DNA of 64,000 bases, taken from the human T2T-CHM13v2.0 reference genome, Homo sapiens. Each line of letters opens with the position of its first letter. Position 1 is the stretch's first letter. Of the stretch, positions 1-12,525 are shown piece by piece. The stretch is taken from NCBI RefSeq assembly GCF_009914755.1, contig NC_060933.1. One strand, given 5' to 3'. The position numbers and the translations under genes were made by a program. The notes beneath the pieces are model-generated. The model saw nothing but the letters and a program-made list of their open reading frames with translations, did no database searches and was not told where the DNA came from.

Positions 1-56
1 AAATCATCCAATACAATGGAATGGAATGCAGTCATTTTAAAAAGTTAGTAAGCTCT

Positions 57-190
57 AGCCAGGTTCAGTGGGTCATACCTGTAATCCCAGCTACTTGGGA
101 GAGACTAAGGCAGAAGGATCACTTCAGGCCTGGAGTGTGTGACCAGCTTGGACAACATGGTGAGACTCCACTTCATATCATGTCTTAAAA
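57..190 (+). mobile_element. Alu monomer (FLAM/FRAM-like)
   Basis: gccagg..cctgtaatcccagctacttggga..ggatcactt..gaccagcttggacaacatggtgagac; single ~130-nt arm, diverged. Confidence 0.75.
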
Positions 191-544
191 GAGTCCACTA
201 GAACTAGTAAGAGTAGTTGCTGCTATCGAGGAAACTGAGTCTCTTGGAGATGTGGGTGCAATGTTGGATGAGCTTTGAATCAAATTCATTCATTTCTTAT
301 TCATAAAGTAAAATTTAAAATATATGTGCTAATGTATGTTGTACATCTTTATGTGGTGTTTTGAAATGTAGTGGACCACAGAGCCATTTTTTAGTGAAAA
401 GTCATCTCTTTTCAATGTCATCTTTATCTTTACTAAGAAATGATATCTTTCTTTCTCTTTGCATCCATCATATGGTATGTGCTGTGGCCGCACTTAGAAG
501 AGTAGGACTTGTCACCTATGCTCATGTCTGCTCCATCCCACAAG

Positions 545-640
545 ATCATACCTTTCTTGAGGACATTTCTAGTGCCTTATTCGTCTCTGTATCACTAGCA
601 TGTATCACAGTGTCAACAAATTAAACATTTGTTGAAGTGA
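545..640 (+). mobile_element. L2 3' end fragment
   Basis: ttattcgtctctgtatcactagca..acagtg..aaacatttgttgaa resembles the L2 3' terminus. Confidence 0.45.
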
Positions 641-1283
641 CATAATCCTTATCCTTACATTTTGCATTGGAAAGAAGGAATACCCCTGGGAAGGGGCAGA
701 AGGGTGCTGCAGACAGGGACATATGGCACAGCCCAGTTAGCACAGGCTGCCCATCGATCCAGAAGAGATCTGACTGCCCTGTCCCCTTGGTTACCCTGAC
801 TGGTCACTTGACTATTCAGCTGCCCTTATTATCGTAATCCCTCAGAAGGCCATCTGCTCTGCTCACAAGAGAGACCTGGCCCCAGGGAGAAGTACTCAGC
901 TGCCCTGCATCTTCAAATCAGGTCAATTAGACCACTGCTTCTTAATTGTTCATGACGGCTCAGCTATTGTGTATGAACCATCAGTAATTTCCAGTTCATT
1001 GTGGCTAAAGATTCTGGGCTAATGAAGGTTCCAACCTGTCCCTCAGGGTCCCTGGCACCACTCAGCTTGTACATGTTGCTCAGTATCCTAGGGTCATTTC
1101 ACACCTGAATTTCAAACCAAAGTGTAGGTGGGAATAAACCCATACCACACAGGACAGGGCAAAAAGAAGTGTCATTTAAAAACACGAATTCACTTCCTGA
1201 AAAGCAGGGATGGGAACATGCCGACAATAGTCTTAACTGGTCCTTTGAGGAATGGCCTGAAGCCCTGAATACAGGTCGTTAGT

Positions 1284-1333
1284 TTTTGTTTTGTTTTGTT
1301 TTGTTTTGTTTTGTTTTGTTTTGTTTTGTTTTG
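1284..1333 (+). repeat. (TTTTG)10 microsatellite
   Basis: Ten perfect TTTTG units read directly. Confidence 0.97.
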
Positions 1334-2225
1334 TTCAATCTGAGAAATAACCAGTCCCATGGATGATTGAGGTGAACAACTTACTAGGCCAAATTTATGG
1401 GCTTTTGAAAAATTTCTGAAAAGTGAAATTATCTTTCTAAGACATCTTATTTGAGAAACTCTGGTGTTCATTTTTCATCTTGCCCTGGTATAAATGAAAA
1501 ATCTTCCTGAAAACTCACTACACTGTGAACAGTTGGGTTCCTTTTGTCTGATGGTGAACAAAGGAAAAGTTGATGGAAATGTCCCAGTTGGCACATTTGA
1601 AAAAGGCTGGGTTTGTAACAAAAAACCAACCACTTTCCAGCTTTGACTGAAAGTAAAAAATTTAAGCTTTAAAGCCCCTAAATTTCTCTCTCTCTCTCCA
1701 TCTGATTTTAGATATGTATATAATTCTGAATGTGTATACATATATATGTATATAGGTATATATATTCAGAGTTAGTTGCATACTGAAATGTATTCTCAAG
1801 GTCAAGGATTTCATTGCCACCATCTTTGAAAAAGTAACTAAGACAGAGTGGATCCCTTGTCAATTTACCTTACTCCATTTTGAGACAACTGTAATTGGAG
1901 TTCAGATTCATATAGATGCTGCTTGTAGCATGGTATCACACTAAGCCAAAAAGCCAGCCTTTTGCTGAAAACTCAAAATATTGTAACTATTTTAAAATCC
2001 AACATTCTTTGTTGAATTCAAGGAATTTTCCAACTAAAAGGGAAATTATAAGACCACCAAGCCAAAAACTCTTCCTTTAATACTAAAGAGTCCAAATACG
2101 TTAGATGAGTTTCCAAGTCACATAATTAGTGGTGATCCCAGCTCTAACATATAGGTCTTCTACATCCTGGCGAAGCATTATGAGCCTCTTGGAGCTTCTG
2201 CTTGCCTGACACTCTCAGTCTCTCT

Positions 2226-2228
<3 letters not shown>

Positions 2229-2260
<32 letters not shown>
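2229..2260 (+). repeat. (CA)16 microsatellite
   Basis: Read directly. Confidence 0.97.
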
Positions 2261-2264
<4 letters not shown>

Positions 2265-2633
2265 TAGTTTTCTGGTATTCCCATTACCAAATGAAATTGT
2301 GCCAAAGGAATCAAAATAATCAAAATTACTTCATTCTTTTCTCCTGAAAGGCACATGAAAACTGCAATAGAATATAACTTTGAAAAACATTTTTTCAAAG
2401 AAATTGCGAAAACCCACTTTCCAGGTCTTAACATCCTCAATGCAGTCTAGTGTTAAAACATGCTTTACAGATAATTCAGATGATGAGTACAGAATCATTG
2501 TCTTAGAAAATATAAAGGTCCCTTATGGCTAAGATCACTTTTGAATTATCTTCTGCAGAAAGGAAGGTGGTATATCTTTATGGATATTCCCAAAAAACAG
2601 CCCACAAGCCTTTCCTGGTGACCCATCTCTACA

Positions 2634-3185
<552 letters not shown>

Positions 3186-3579
3186 TAAATAAACTGTCTG
3201 ATACTAAAGAAAGCAGTGGGTCATATGTATTGTTTTATTTTGTTTTTTAAATCATGGCAGCAGTTATCTTCAAGATAAGTATTCTCTCTTTTAAGTGATT
3301 ATCTTAAGAGACTAAGTAGTCTTACACCAGTTAATATGGCACATGCAAAACTTCACTCCATTACCTTAGAACCTCCTTTCATTTTTTTCTAACAGTAATA
3401 GTTTTACCCAAATCATTCAATTTACTCACCAGATTGGCCAAATAGAACTTATGATTGTTCCCCCAAATCAGAGTAGCATTGAAGGATGAAGATGGTTATC
3501 ACTGGGGATACATCAGATCATGTCCTTAGCCTTCACACATAGTTACAAAAGGACAGACAAAAATGCTTAAGTAATAAGA

Positions 3580-3783
3580 GAGTAGGGGAAGAAAAAAGTG
3601 TTTTTCTCCCACCCATCTTAGGTTCATTGAGTAGAGCTCTGCAAATTAGACTGACAAAAGGACTGATTAACAAGAGGAAAAACAAACAGAAGTTTACTAA
3701 CACATGCGTTGTGCATACACGTGGGAGCACTCATAATGAGTAACTCAAAGGGGGTGATTAGAACTTAGGGTTATATAGCATCT
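3580..3783 (-). mobile_element. Probable old ERV LTR fragment (family not determined)
   Basis: ctgacaaaaggactgattaacaagagga..aagtttactaac..gagtaactcaaagg resembles reverse-strand ERV LTR sequence; cut by the adjacent L1. Confidence 0.4.
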
Positions 3784-5927
3784 TTTAAATTTGATACATT
3801 ATTATACATATTTATAAGATACATGTGATATTTTCATACATACATACAATGATTAATGATCAAATCAGGCTATTTAGTATATCTATCCCTCAAACATTTA
3901 TTATTTATTTCTGTTGGGAACATTTCAACTCTTCTCTACTAGTTCTTTGGAAATATATAATAAATTATTGTTAACTATAGTCACCCTACTCTGTTACTGA
4001 ACATTAGAACTTATTCCTTCTAACTGTATACTCCTACCCATTAACAAACCTCACTTCATCCCCACCCACCCCCACCCTTTCCAGCCTCATTCTATTTTCT
4101 ATCACCATAATAAGATCAACTGTTTTAGCGCCCACATATGAATGGGAACATGTGATATTTGTCTTTCTGGGCCTGGCTTACTTTATTTAACATAATCATC
4201 TCCAGTTCCTTCTAGGCTACTGCAAATGACAGGATTTCATTCATTTTAACAGCTGAATAGCATTTCATTATGTATATATACCACATTTTCTTTATCCATT
4301 CGTCGATTGACAGACACATAGGTTGATGCCATATCTTGGCTATTGTGAATAGTACGGCAATAAACATGGGGGTGAAAGTACCCCTTAAATATACTGATTT
4401 CCTTCCCTTTGAATAAATAGGCAGTAATGGGATTGGTGGATTGTATGGTCACTCTGTTTTTAGTTTTTTTGAGAAACCTCCATACTGTTTTCCATAATGG
4501 CTATATTAATTTACATTCCCACCAACAGTATATAAGAGTCCCTTTTCTCTGCATACTTGCCAGCATATGTTATTTTTTTTCTTTTTGATAATAGCCATTC
4601 TAACTGGTGTAAGATGATATCACATTGTGATTTTGATTTGCATTTCCCTGATGATTAGTGATGTTGAGTGTTTTTTCACATATCTGTTGGCCATTTGCAT
4701 ATCTTCTTTTCAGCAATGTCTATTCGGATCCTTTGCCCACTTTCCAATGGGAGTATTTGTTTTTTGTTATTGAGTTGTTGGGAGTTCCTTGGGTATTCTG
4801 GATATTAGCATTTGTTGGATGAATAGTTTGCAAATATTTGTTCCCATTCTACAGGTTGTCTCTTCACTCTGTTGATTGCTTCCTTGCTGTGCAGAAGCTT
4901 TTTGGTGTAATATAATTCAGTTTGTCTATTTCTTCAAGGAGGACTACAAACCACTGCTCAAGGAAATAAGAGAGGACACAAACAAATGGAAAAACATTCC
5001 ATGCTCATGGATGAGAAAGAATCAATATCATGAAAATGGCCATACTGCCCAAAGTAATTTATAGATTTAATGCTATCGCCATCAAGATACTATTGACTTT
5101 CTTCAAAGAATTAGAAAAAACTACTTTAAATTTCATATGGAACCAAAAAAGAGCCTGTATAGCCAAGACAATCCTAAGCAAAAAGAACAAAGCTGGAGGC
5201 ATCACGTTACCTGACTTCAAATATACAAGCCTACAGTAACCAAAACCGCATGGTACTGGTAGGATGTTGAATTTTATCAAATCCCTTTTTTTTTTTTTTT
5301 TTGGTCTATTGAGATGTTCATATGATTTTTGTCTTTCTTTCTGTTGAGGTGATATATTTATTGATTTGTGTGTGTTCAGTCATCATCCTTGCGTCCCTGG
5401 GATAATCCCACTTAGTCATGTTGAGGTGTTGCTGGATTTAGTTTGCTAGTATTTTGTAGAGGATTTTTGCATCTATGTTTATCAGGGATACTGGCAGACA
5501 GTTTTTCTTGTTGTTATCTGTTATGTCCTTGTCTGGTTTTGGTATTAGGGTCATTTTGGCCTCATATAATGCGTCAGGAAGAGTTCACTCCCTTTCAATG
5601 TTTTGGGATAGTATGAGAAGAATCAGTGTTAATTCTTTTTATAAGTTTGGTAGAATTAGCTGACTCTGAGCACAGTGCCTAGGGGTTAACACTGCTCTGC
5701 AAGGAAGAGGTTAAAAAAAAAGTTTGATAGAATTAAGCAGTAAAGCCACCAGGTCCTGGGCTTTTCTTTGCTGGGAAACATTTTATTAATGTTATTAATA
5801 TCAATATTATTATTTACTATTAATCTGTTCAGGTTTTCTATTTTTTTTTTTTGATTCAATCTTGGTAGGTTGTACCTCTCCAGAAATTTATCCATCTCCT
5901 CTAGGTTTTCTAATTTGTTAGTGTATA
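3784..5927 (-). mobile_element. L1MA-type element (3'UTR and ORF2 remnant), interrupted at 4931-5261 and 5659-5719
   Basis: Reverse 3' end aatgatcaaatcagg..ctcaaacatttat..gttaactatagtcacc; ORF2 remnant [23 protein letters not shown] in the ORF track. Confidence 0.9.
4931..5261 (+). mobile_element. Internal L1PA (PA7/8-like) ORF2 fragment, no tail
   Basis: Translates to [22 protein letters not shown] and [23 protein letters not shown]; opposite strand to its host. Confidence 0.9.
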
Positions 5928-6259
5928 ACAAAAAATATTGAAAGTTTAGAACACTGAATGCTTGGCTGTGGCAGATCTGTTCAGCCAAGATCGGGACTAC
6001 TTCAGCTGGCTCTGAGGGTTCAAAGGAGTCTGAGAAGCAAAAATCTTAGTGAACCTCTACCTAGATGTCCCCATCACATGTTAGCTACACCTTTTCCCCA
6101 CCACGTCCCTGACCTCAACTTTACAGACCTACCTCCCCTTGGTTCAGAAATTATGCTGAGTGAGCTTAGGAGAAACTATATTGAAATTCATTGCTCAAAA
6201 TATACACCTGAACTCAAAAATTTCAAAAAGTGCCATAGATGGACATAACCAACATTACA

Positions 6260-6650
6260 AGCAAATTTATCTAAAAGTGTATTTGTTACAGTGTTGTCTA
6301 AAATTTAAAAAAAATTGAAAACAACCAAAATGTCCAAAACTAGGAAGCTGATTAAGTCAACTGTAATATCCATTCCAAAGGATACAGAGCTATCAGGAAA
6401 ATTTATGTTTTACAAGTAAACATAAATAGTGATATAGAACATTGCTCATTATCTATTGTTTAACAGAAATTTCAGGTTACAAATTGGATTATCCCACTTT
6501 TATTTTATATATATATATATATATATTCAAACATATTTATAAAAGCCATGAAAATTTACACAAAAAATGTTAATAATTGTTAGGTCTAAATAGTGTAATA
6601 ATGCATAAATTTTTTCTTCTACTATAAATTGTATTATAAGTAAAATAATA
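6260..6650 (+). mobile_element. Old L1ME-type 3' fragment
   Basis: aattgaaaacaaccaaaatgtccaa..taggaag..gattaagt..actgt..tatccat is the L1 3' region motif, highly diverged. Confidence 0.5.
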
Positions 6651-9338
6651 AAAATGCCTTTGGCATGGGAGCAGAGCAAGATGATTGAAGAGAATCCTAC
6701 ACTGTTCATGCCCCCCACTGGAACACCAAATTTTACCAACTATCTGCATACAGAAAAGTACCATCACACAAAAAAACACAAAAATCAGATAAGCAATCAC
6801 AGTACCTGGTTTTAACTTCGTATCACTATAAGAGGTGTTGAGGAGGGCAGGAAAGACTGTCTTGAATGGCTAACACCATACCTCCCCCATCCCCTGGCAG
6901 TGACTATGTGGTGCAGAGAGAGAATCTGTGCACTTTGGGGAGGGAGAGTGCAGGGACAGGGAGACTACACTGAATTCAGTGCTGCCCTGTCACAGTGGAG
7001 AATAAAGCTGTGTTGGGCTCAGCTAGCATTCGTGCATGGAAAGAGTCTCTTGATGGAAAGAGCAGACTTGATCAAGCAGAAGAAAGAATTAGTGAGCTTG
7101 AAACCAGCTGTTTGAAAATCCACAATCAGAGGAGTCCAAAGAATAAAGAATAAGAAACAATGAAGCCTGCCTACAAGATATAGAAAATAGGCTCAAAAGG
7201 GCAAATCTAAGAGTTATTGGCCTTAAAGAGGAGGCAGAGAAAGAGATAGAAGTAGAAAGTTTATTCAAAGGGATAATAACAGAGAACTTCCCATACCTAG
7301 ATAAAGATATCAATATTCAAGTACAAGAAGGTTAAAGAGAACCAAGCAGATTTAACTCAAAGAAGACTACTTCTAGACATTTAATAATCAAACTCCCAAA
7401 GGATGAGGATAAAGAAAGGATACTAAAATCATCAAGAGAAAAGAAATAACATAAAACAGAGCTCCGATATATCTAGCAGCAGACTTTTTAGTGGAAACCT
7501 TATAAGCCAAAAGAGAGTGGCATGATGTATTTAAAGTGATAAAGGAAAAAAACATTTACCCTAGAATAGCATATCCAGTCAAAGTATTCTTCAAGCATGA
7601 AGGAGAAACAAAGATCTTCCAAGACAAACAAAAGCTGAGGGATTTCATCAACACCAAACCTGTCTTACAAGAAATGCTAAAGGATGTTCTTCAGTATGGA
7701 AAAAAAAAAAAGGATGTTAATGAGCAAGAAGGAATCATCTTTATGCTTTGACTCTTGTCTGTAAAAATAAAAAAGAAGAAGAAATCATCTGAAGGCACAA
7801 AACTCATTGGTAATAGTAAGCACTCAGAAAAACACAGAATAGTATAACATTGTAACAGTGGTATGTAAACCACTCTTGTCTTAAGTAAAAAGACTAAATG
7901 ATAAACCAATGAAAAATAATAACTAAAACAACTTTTTAAGACATGGACAGCACAATGAGAAATCCAGAGAAATAACCAAGAGTTAAAAAGCGGGGAGACC
8001 AACTTAAAATTTAGAGGTTTTATTAGTTTTCCTTTGGCATGTTGGCTTGTTTTTGCATGCAATAAGTGTTCATTGTCATCTAATGGGTTGTAAAAAAATA
8101 TTTGCAAGCCTTATGATAACTTCAAATCAAAAAACATACAATGAATACACAAAAAATAAAAGTCAAGAAATTAAAGCATACCACTAGAGAAAATCACTTT
8201 CACTAAAAGGAAGACAGGAAGGATGAACAAAGGAAGAGAAGACCACAAATAGCCAGAAAACAAAGAACAAAATAGCAGGAGTGAGTTCCAACTTATCAAT
8301 AATAATATTGAATGTAAATAGACTTAACTCTCCAATCAAAACACATACAGTAGATGAATGGATTAAAAAAACAAGACCCAATGATATGTTGTTGCCTATC
8401 AGAAACACATTTCACCTATAAAGATACACATAGAAAAACATAAATGGATGGAAAAAAAATCCCAGGCCAATGGAAACCAAAAAAGAACAAGAGTAGCTAT
8501 ATTTATGTCAGATAAAATAGATGTAAAGACAAACACTGTAAGAAGAGACAAAGAAGGTAATTATATAATGATAAAGGGGTCAATCCAGCATCAGAATATA
8601 ATGATTGTCAATATATATGCACCCAACACTGTGTTCATATATCTCTCTCTTTAGCTCTAATAATATTTGCTTTACATGTGTGGGTGCTCCAGGAGAAACA
8701 GATATATGACTGTTCTGACAGAGAATTCAAAATACCTATTTTAAGGAAACTAAAAGATATTCAAGTTAACACAGAGAAGGAATTCAGAATTCCTTCTCTG
8801 TGAGAGAGATAAACCCCAATACAATAAGAGCTGGAGACCAACACCCCAATTTCAGCACTGGAAAGATCTCCCAGACAGATCATCAACAAAGAAACATAGG
8901 ACTTAATCTGCACCATAAAATAAATGAACCTAACAGATATTTACAGAACATTTCATCCAACGGCTACAGAATACACATTCTTCTCATCAGCATGTGGATA
9001 ATTCTCAAGGATAGACCATATGTTATGTCACAAAGCAAGTTCTAAAACATTCAAAAAAATAAAATAATATCAATGTCTTCTCCGACCACAATAGAACAGA
9101 ACTAGAAATCAATAATGAGAGAAATTTTGGAAACTATATAAATATATGAAAAGTAAACAATATGCTCCTGAATGACCAGTGAGTCAGTGAAGAAATTAAG
9201 AAAAAAATTGAAAAAATTTCTTGAAACAAATGATCATGAAAATACAACATACCAAAACCTATGAGATACAACGAAAGCAGTACTAAGAGGGAAATTTATA
9301 GCTGTAAGTGCCTACATCAATAAAGAAAAAACCTTCAA

Positions 9339-10815
9339 CTCCTTGGTTAGGTATATTCCTAAGTTTATGTTTGTTTGATTGATTTTTTTTTTTTTTTTTT
9401 TTTGCAGCTATTGTAAAAGGGGCTGAGTTCTTGACTTGATTCTCTGCTTGGTCGTTGTTGGTGTATAGATGAGCTACTGATTTTTGCACATTAATCTTGT
9501 ATCTGGAAACTTTGCTGAATTCTTTTATCAGTTCTGGGAGCTTTCTGGAGAAGCCCTTAGGGTTTTCAAGGTAAACAATCCTATCGTCAGCATACAGTGA
9601 CAGTTTGACTTCCTCTTTACTGATTTGGATGCCCTTTATTTCTTTCTCTTGCCTGATTGCTCTGGCTAGGTTTCCAGTACTATGTTGAAGAGGTGTGGTG
9701 AGAGTGGACATCCTCGTCTTGTTCTAGTTCTCAGAGGGAATGTTTTCAACTTTTCCCTATTCAGTATTATGTTGGCTGTGGGTTTATCATAGATGGCTTT
9801 TATTATATTAAGGTATGTCCCTTGTATGCCAGTTTTGCTGAGAGCTTTAATCATAAAGGGATGCTGGATTTTGTCAAATGCTTTTTCTGCATCTATTGAG
9901 ATGATCATGTGATTTTTGCTTTTAATTCTGTTTATGTGGTATATCACATTGATTGACTTGCATATGTTCAACCATCCCTGCATCCCTGGTATGAAACCCA
10001 CTTGATTATGGTGGATTACCTTTTTGATATGTTGTTGGATTTTGTTAGCTAGTATTTCGTTAAGGATTTTATCATCTATGTTCATCAAGGATCTTGGTCT
10101 ATGGTTTTCTTTGTTATGGCCTTTCCTGGTTTTGGTATTAAGGTGATGCTGTCTTCATAGAATGAATTAGGGAAGGTTCCTTCTTTTTCTATCTCATGGA
10201 ATCGTGTCAAAAGGATTGGTACCAATTCTTCTTTGAATGTCTGGTGGAATTCTGCTGTAAATCATCTGGTCCCAGAATTTCTTTTTGTTGGTAATTTTTT
10301 AATTACCATTTCAATCTTGCTGCTTGTCATTGGTCGGTTCAGGGTATCTAATTCTTCCTGATTTAAGCTAAGAGGGTTGTATTTTTCAGGAATTTATCCA
10401 TCTCTCCTAGGTTTTCTAGTTTATGTGTGTAAAGGTGTTCATACTAGCCTTGAATAATCTTTTGTATTTCAGTGGTGTCAGTTGTAACATCTCCTGTTTC
10501 ATTTCTTAGTGAGGTTAGTTGGATTTTCTCTCTTCTTTTCTTGGTTAATCTTGCTAATGGTGTGTCAATTTTACTTATCTTTTCAAATAACCAGATTTTT
10601 GCTTCATTTATCAGTTAAATTTTCTTGTTTCAATTTCATTTAGTTCTGCTCTGATCTTGGTTGCTTCCCTTCTTTTGCTGGGTTTGGATTTGGTTTATTC
10701 TTGTTTCTCTAGTTCCTTGAGGTGTGACCTTAGAATGCCAGTTTGTGCTTTTTCAGTCTTTTTGATGTAGGCGTTTAGGGATATGAACTTTCCTCTTAGT
10801 ACCACTTTTGCCGTA
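9339..10815 (-). mobile_element. L1PB1 insertion, inverted 5' segment (ORF2 RT region)
   Basis: Minus ORFs [37 protein letters not shown] and KLSLYADD. Confidence 0.92.
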
Positions 10816-12525
10816 TTCATGGAAAACTACAAAACACTGCTAGAAGAAATCATAGATGACACAAACAAATGGAAACACATCCCATGCTCATGGATGGGTA
10901 GAATCAATATTGTGAAAATGACCATACTGCCAAAAGCAATCTACAACTTCAATGCAATCTCCATCAAAATACCACCATCATTCTTCACAGAATTAGAAAA
11001 AACAATTCTAAAATTCATATGGAACCAAAAAAGAGCCCAGATAGCTAAAGCAAGATTAAGCAAAAAGAACAAATCTGGAGGCAACACGCTACCTGATTTC
11101 AAACTATGCTATAAGGCCATAGTCAACCAAAACAGCATGGTACTGGTATAAAAATAGGCACGTAGGCCAATGGAACAGAATAGACAATGCAGAAATAAAC
11201 CCAAATACTTACAGCAAACTGATCATTGACAAAGCAAACAAAAACATAAAGTGGGGAAAGGGCATCCTTCCAACAAATGGTGCTGGGATAACTGGCTAGC
11301 CACATGTAGGAGAATGAAACTGCATCCTCGTCTCTCACCTTCTACTAAAATCAACTCAAGATGGATTAAGGACTTAAACCTAAGACCCCAAACTATAAAA
11401 AAATTCTAGAAGATAAAATTGGAAAAACCCTTTTAGATATCGGCTTAGGCAAGGATTTCATGACCAAGAATCCAAAAGAAAATGCAATAAAAACAAAGAT
11501 AAATAGCTGGGACTTAATTAAACTAAAGGGCTTTGCCCGGAAAAGGAACAGTCAACAGAGTAAACAGACAACCCACAAAGCGTGAGAAAATCTTCACAAT
11601 CTATATGTCTGACAAAGGAATAATATCCAGAATCTATAACAAATTCAAACAAATCAGTAAGAAAAAAAAAGCAGTCTCATCAAAAAGGGGGCTAAGGACA
11701 TGAATAGACAATTCTCAAAAGAAGATATACAAATGGTCAGCAAACAAGAAAAAATGCTCAACATCACTAGTGATCAGGGAAATGCAAATCAAAATGACAA
11801 TGCAATAGCACTTATACTCCTGAAGAGTGGCCATAATCAAAAACTCAAAAAATAGTAGATGTTGGCATGGATGCTGTGAACAGGGGAGAATTCTACACTG
11901 CTGGTGGGAATGTAAACTAGTACAGCCACTACAGAAAACAGTGTGGAGATTCCATAAAGAACTAAAAGTAGAACTACCATTTGATCCAGCAATCCCACTA
12001 CTGGGTATCCACCCAGAGGAAAGGGAGTCATTATTTGAAAAAGATACTTGCACACGCATGTTTATAGCAGCACAAATCACTATTGCAGAATAGTGGAACC
12101 AACCCAAATGCCCATCAATCAATGAGTGGATAAAGAAACTGTGGAATATATATGCATGATGGAATATTACTCCACCATGAAAAGGAATGAATTAATAGCA
12201 TTTTAAGTGACCTGGATGAGACTGGAGACTATTATTCTAAGTGAAGTAACTCAGGAATGGAAAACCAAACATTGTATGTTCTCACTATGTGGGAGCTAAG
12301 CCATGAGGACCCAAAGGCATAAGAATGATACAATGGACTTTGGGGACTTGTGGGGAAGAGTGGTAGGAGGGCAAGGGATAAAAGACTACAGATATGGTGC
12401 AGTGTATACTGCTCCGGTAATGGGTGCACCAACATCCCACAAATCACCACTAAAGAACTTACTCATGTAAGCAAATACCACCGGTACCCCAATAACATAT
12501 GGAAAAATAAATAAATAAATAAATG
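10816..12525 (+). mobile_element. L1PB1 insertion, sense 3' segment with (AAAT)n tail
   Basis: ORF2 C-terminus ([22 protein letters not shown]); 3'UTR ggcataagaatgatacaatggactttggggac..aatcaccactaaagaacttactcatgtaa is L1PB1-type. Confidence 0.93.

Noticed and set aside
9283-12122. Reverse-transcriptase-like ORFs (also 21410-22379)
   Set aside because: Frameshifted L1 ORF2 remnants; not an intact or novel RT system
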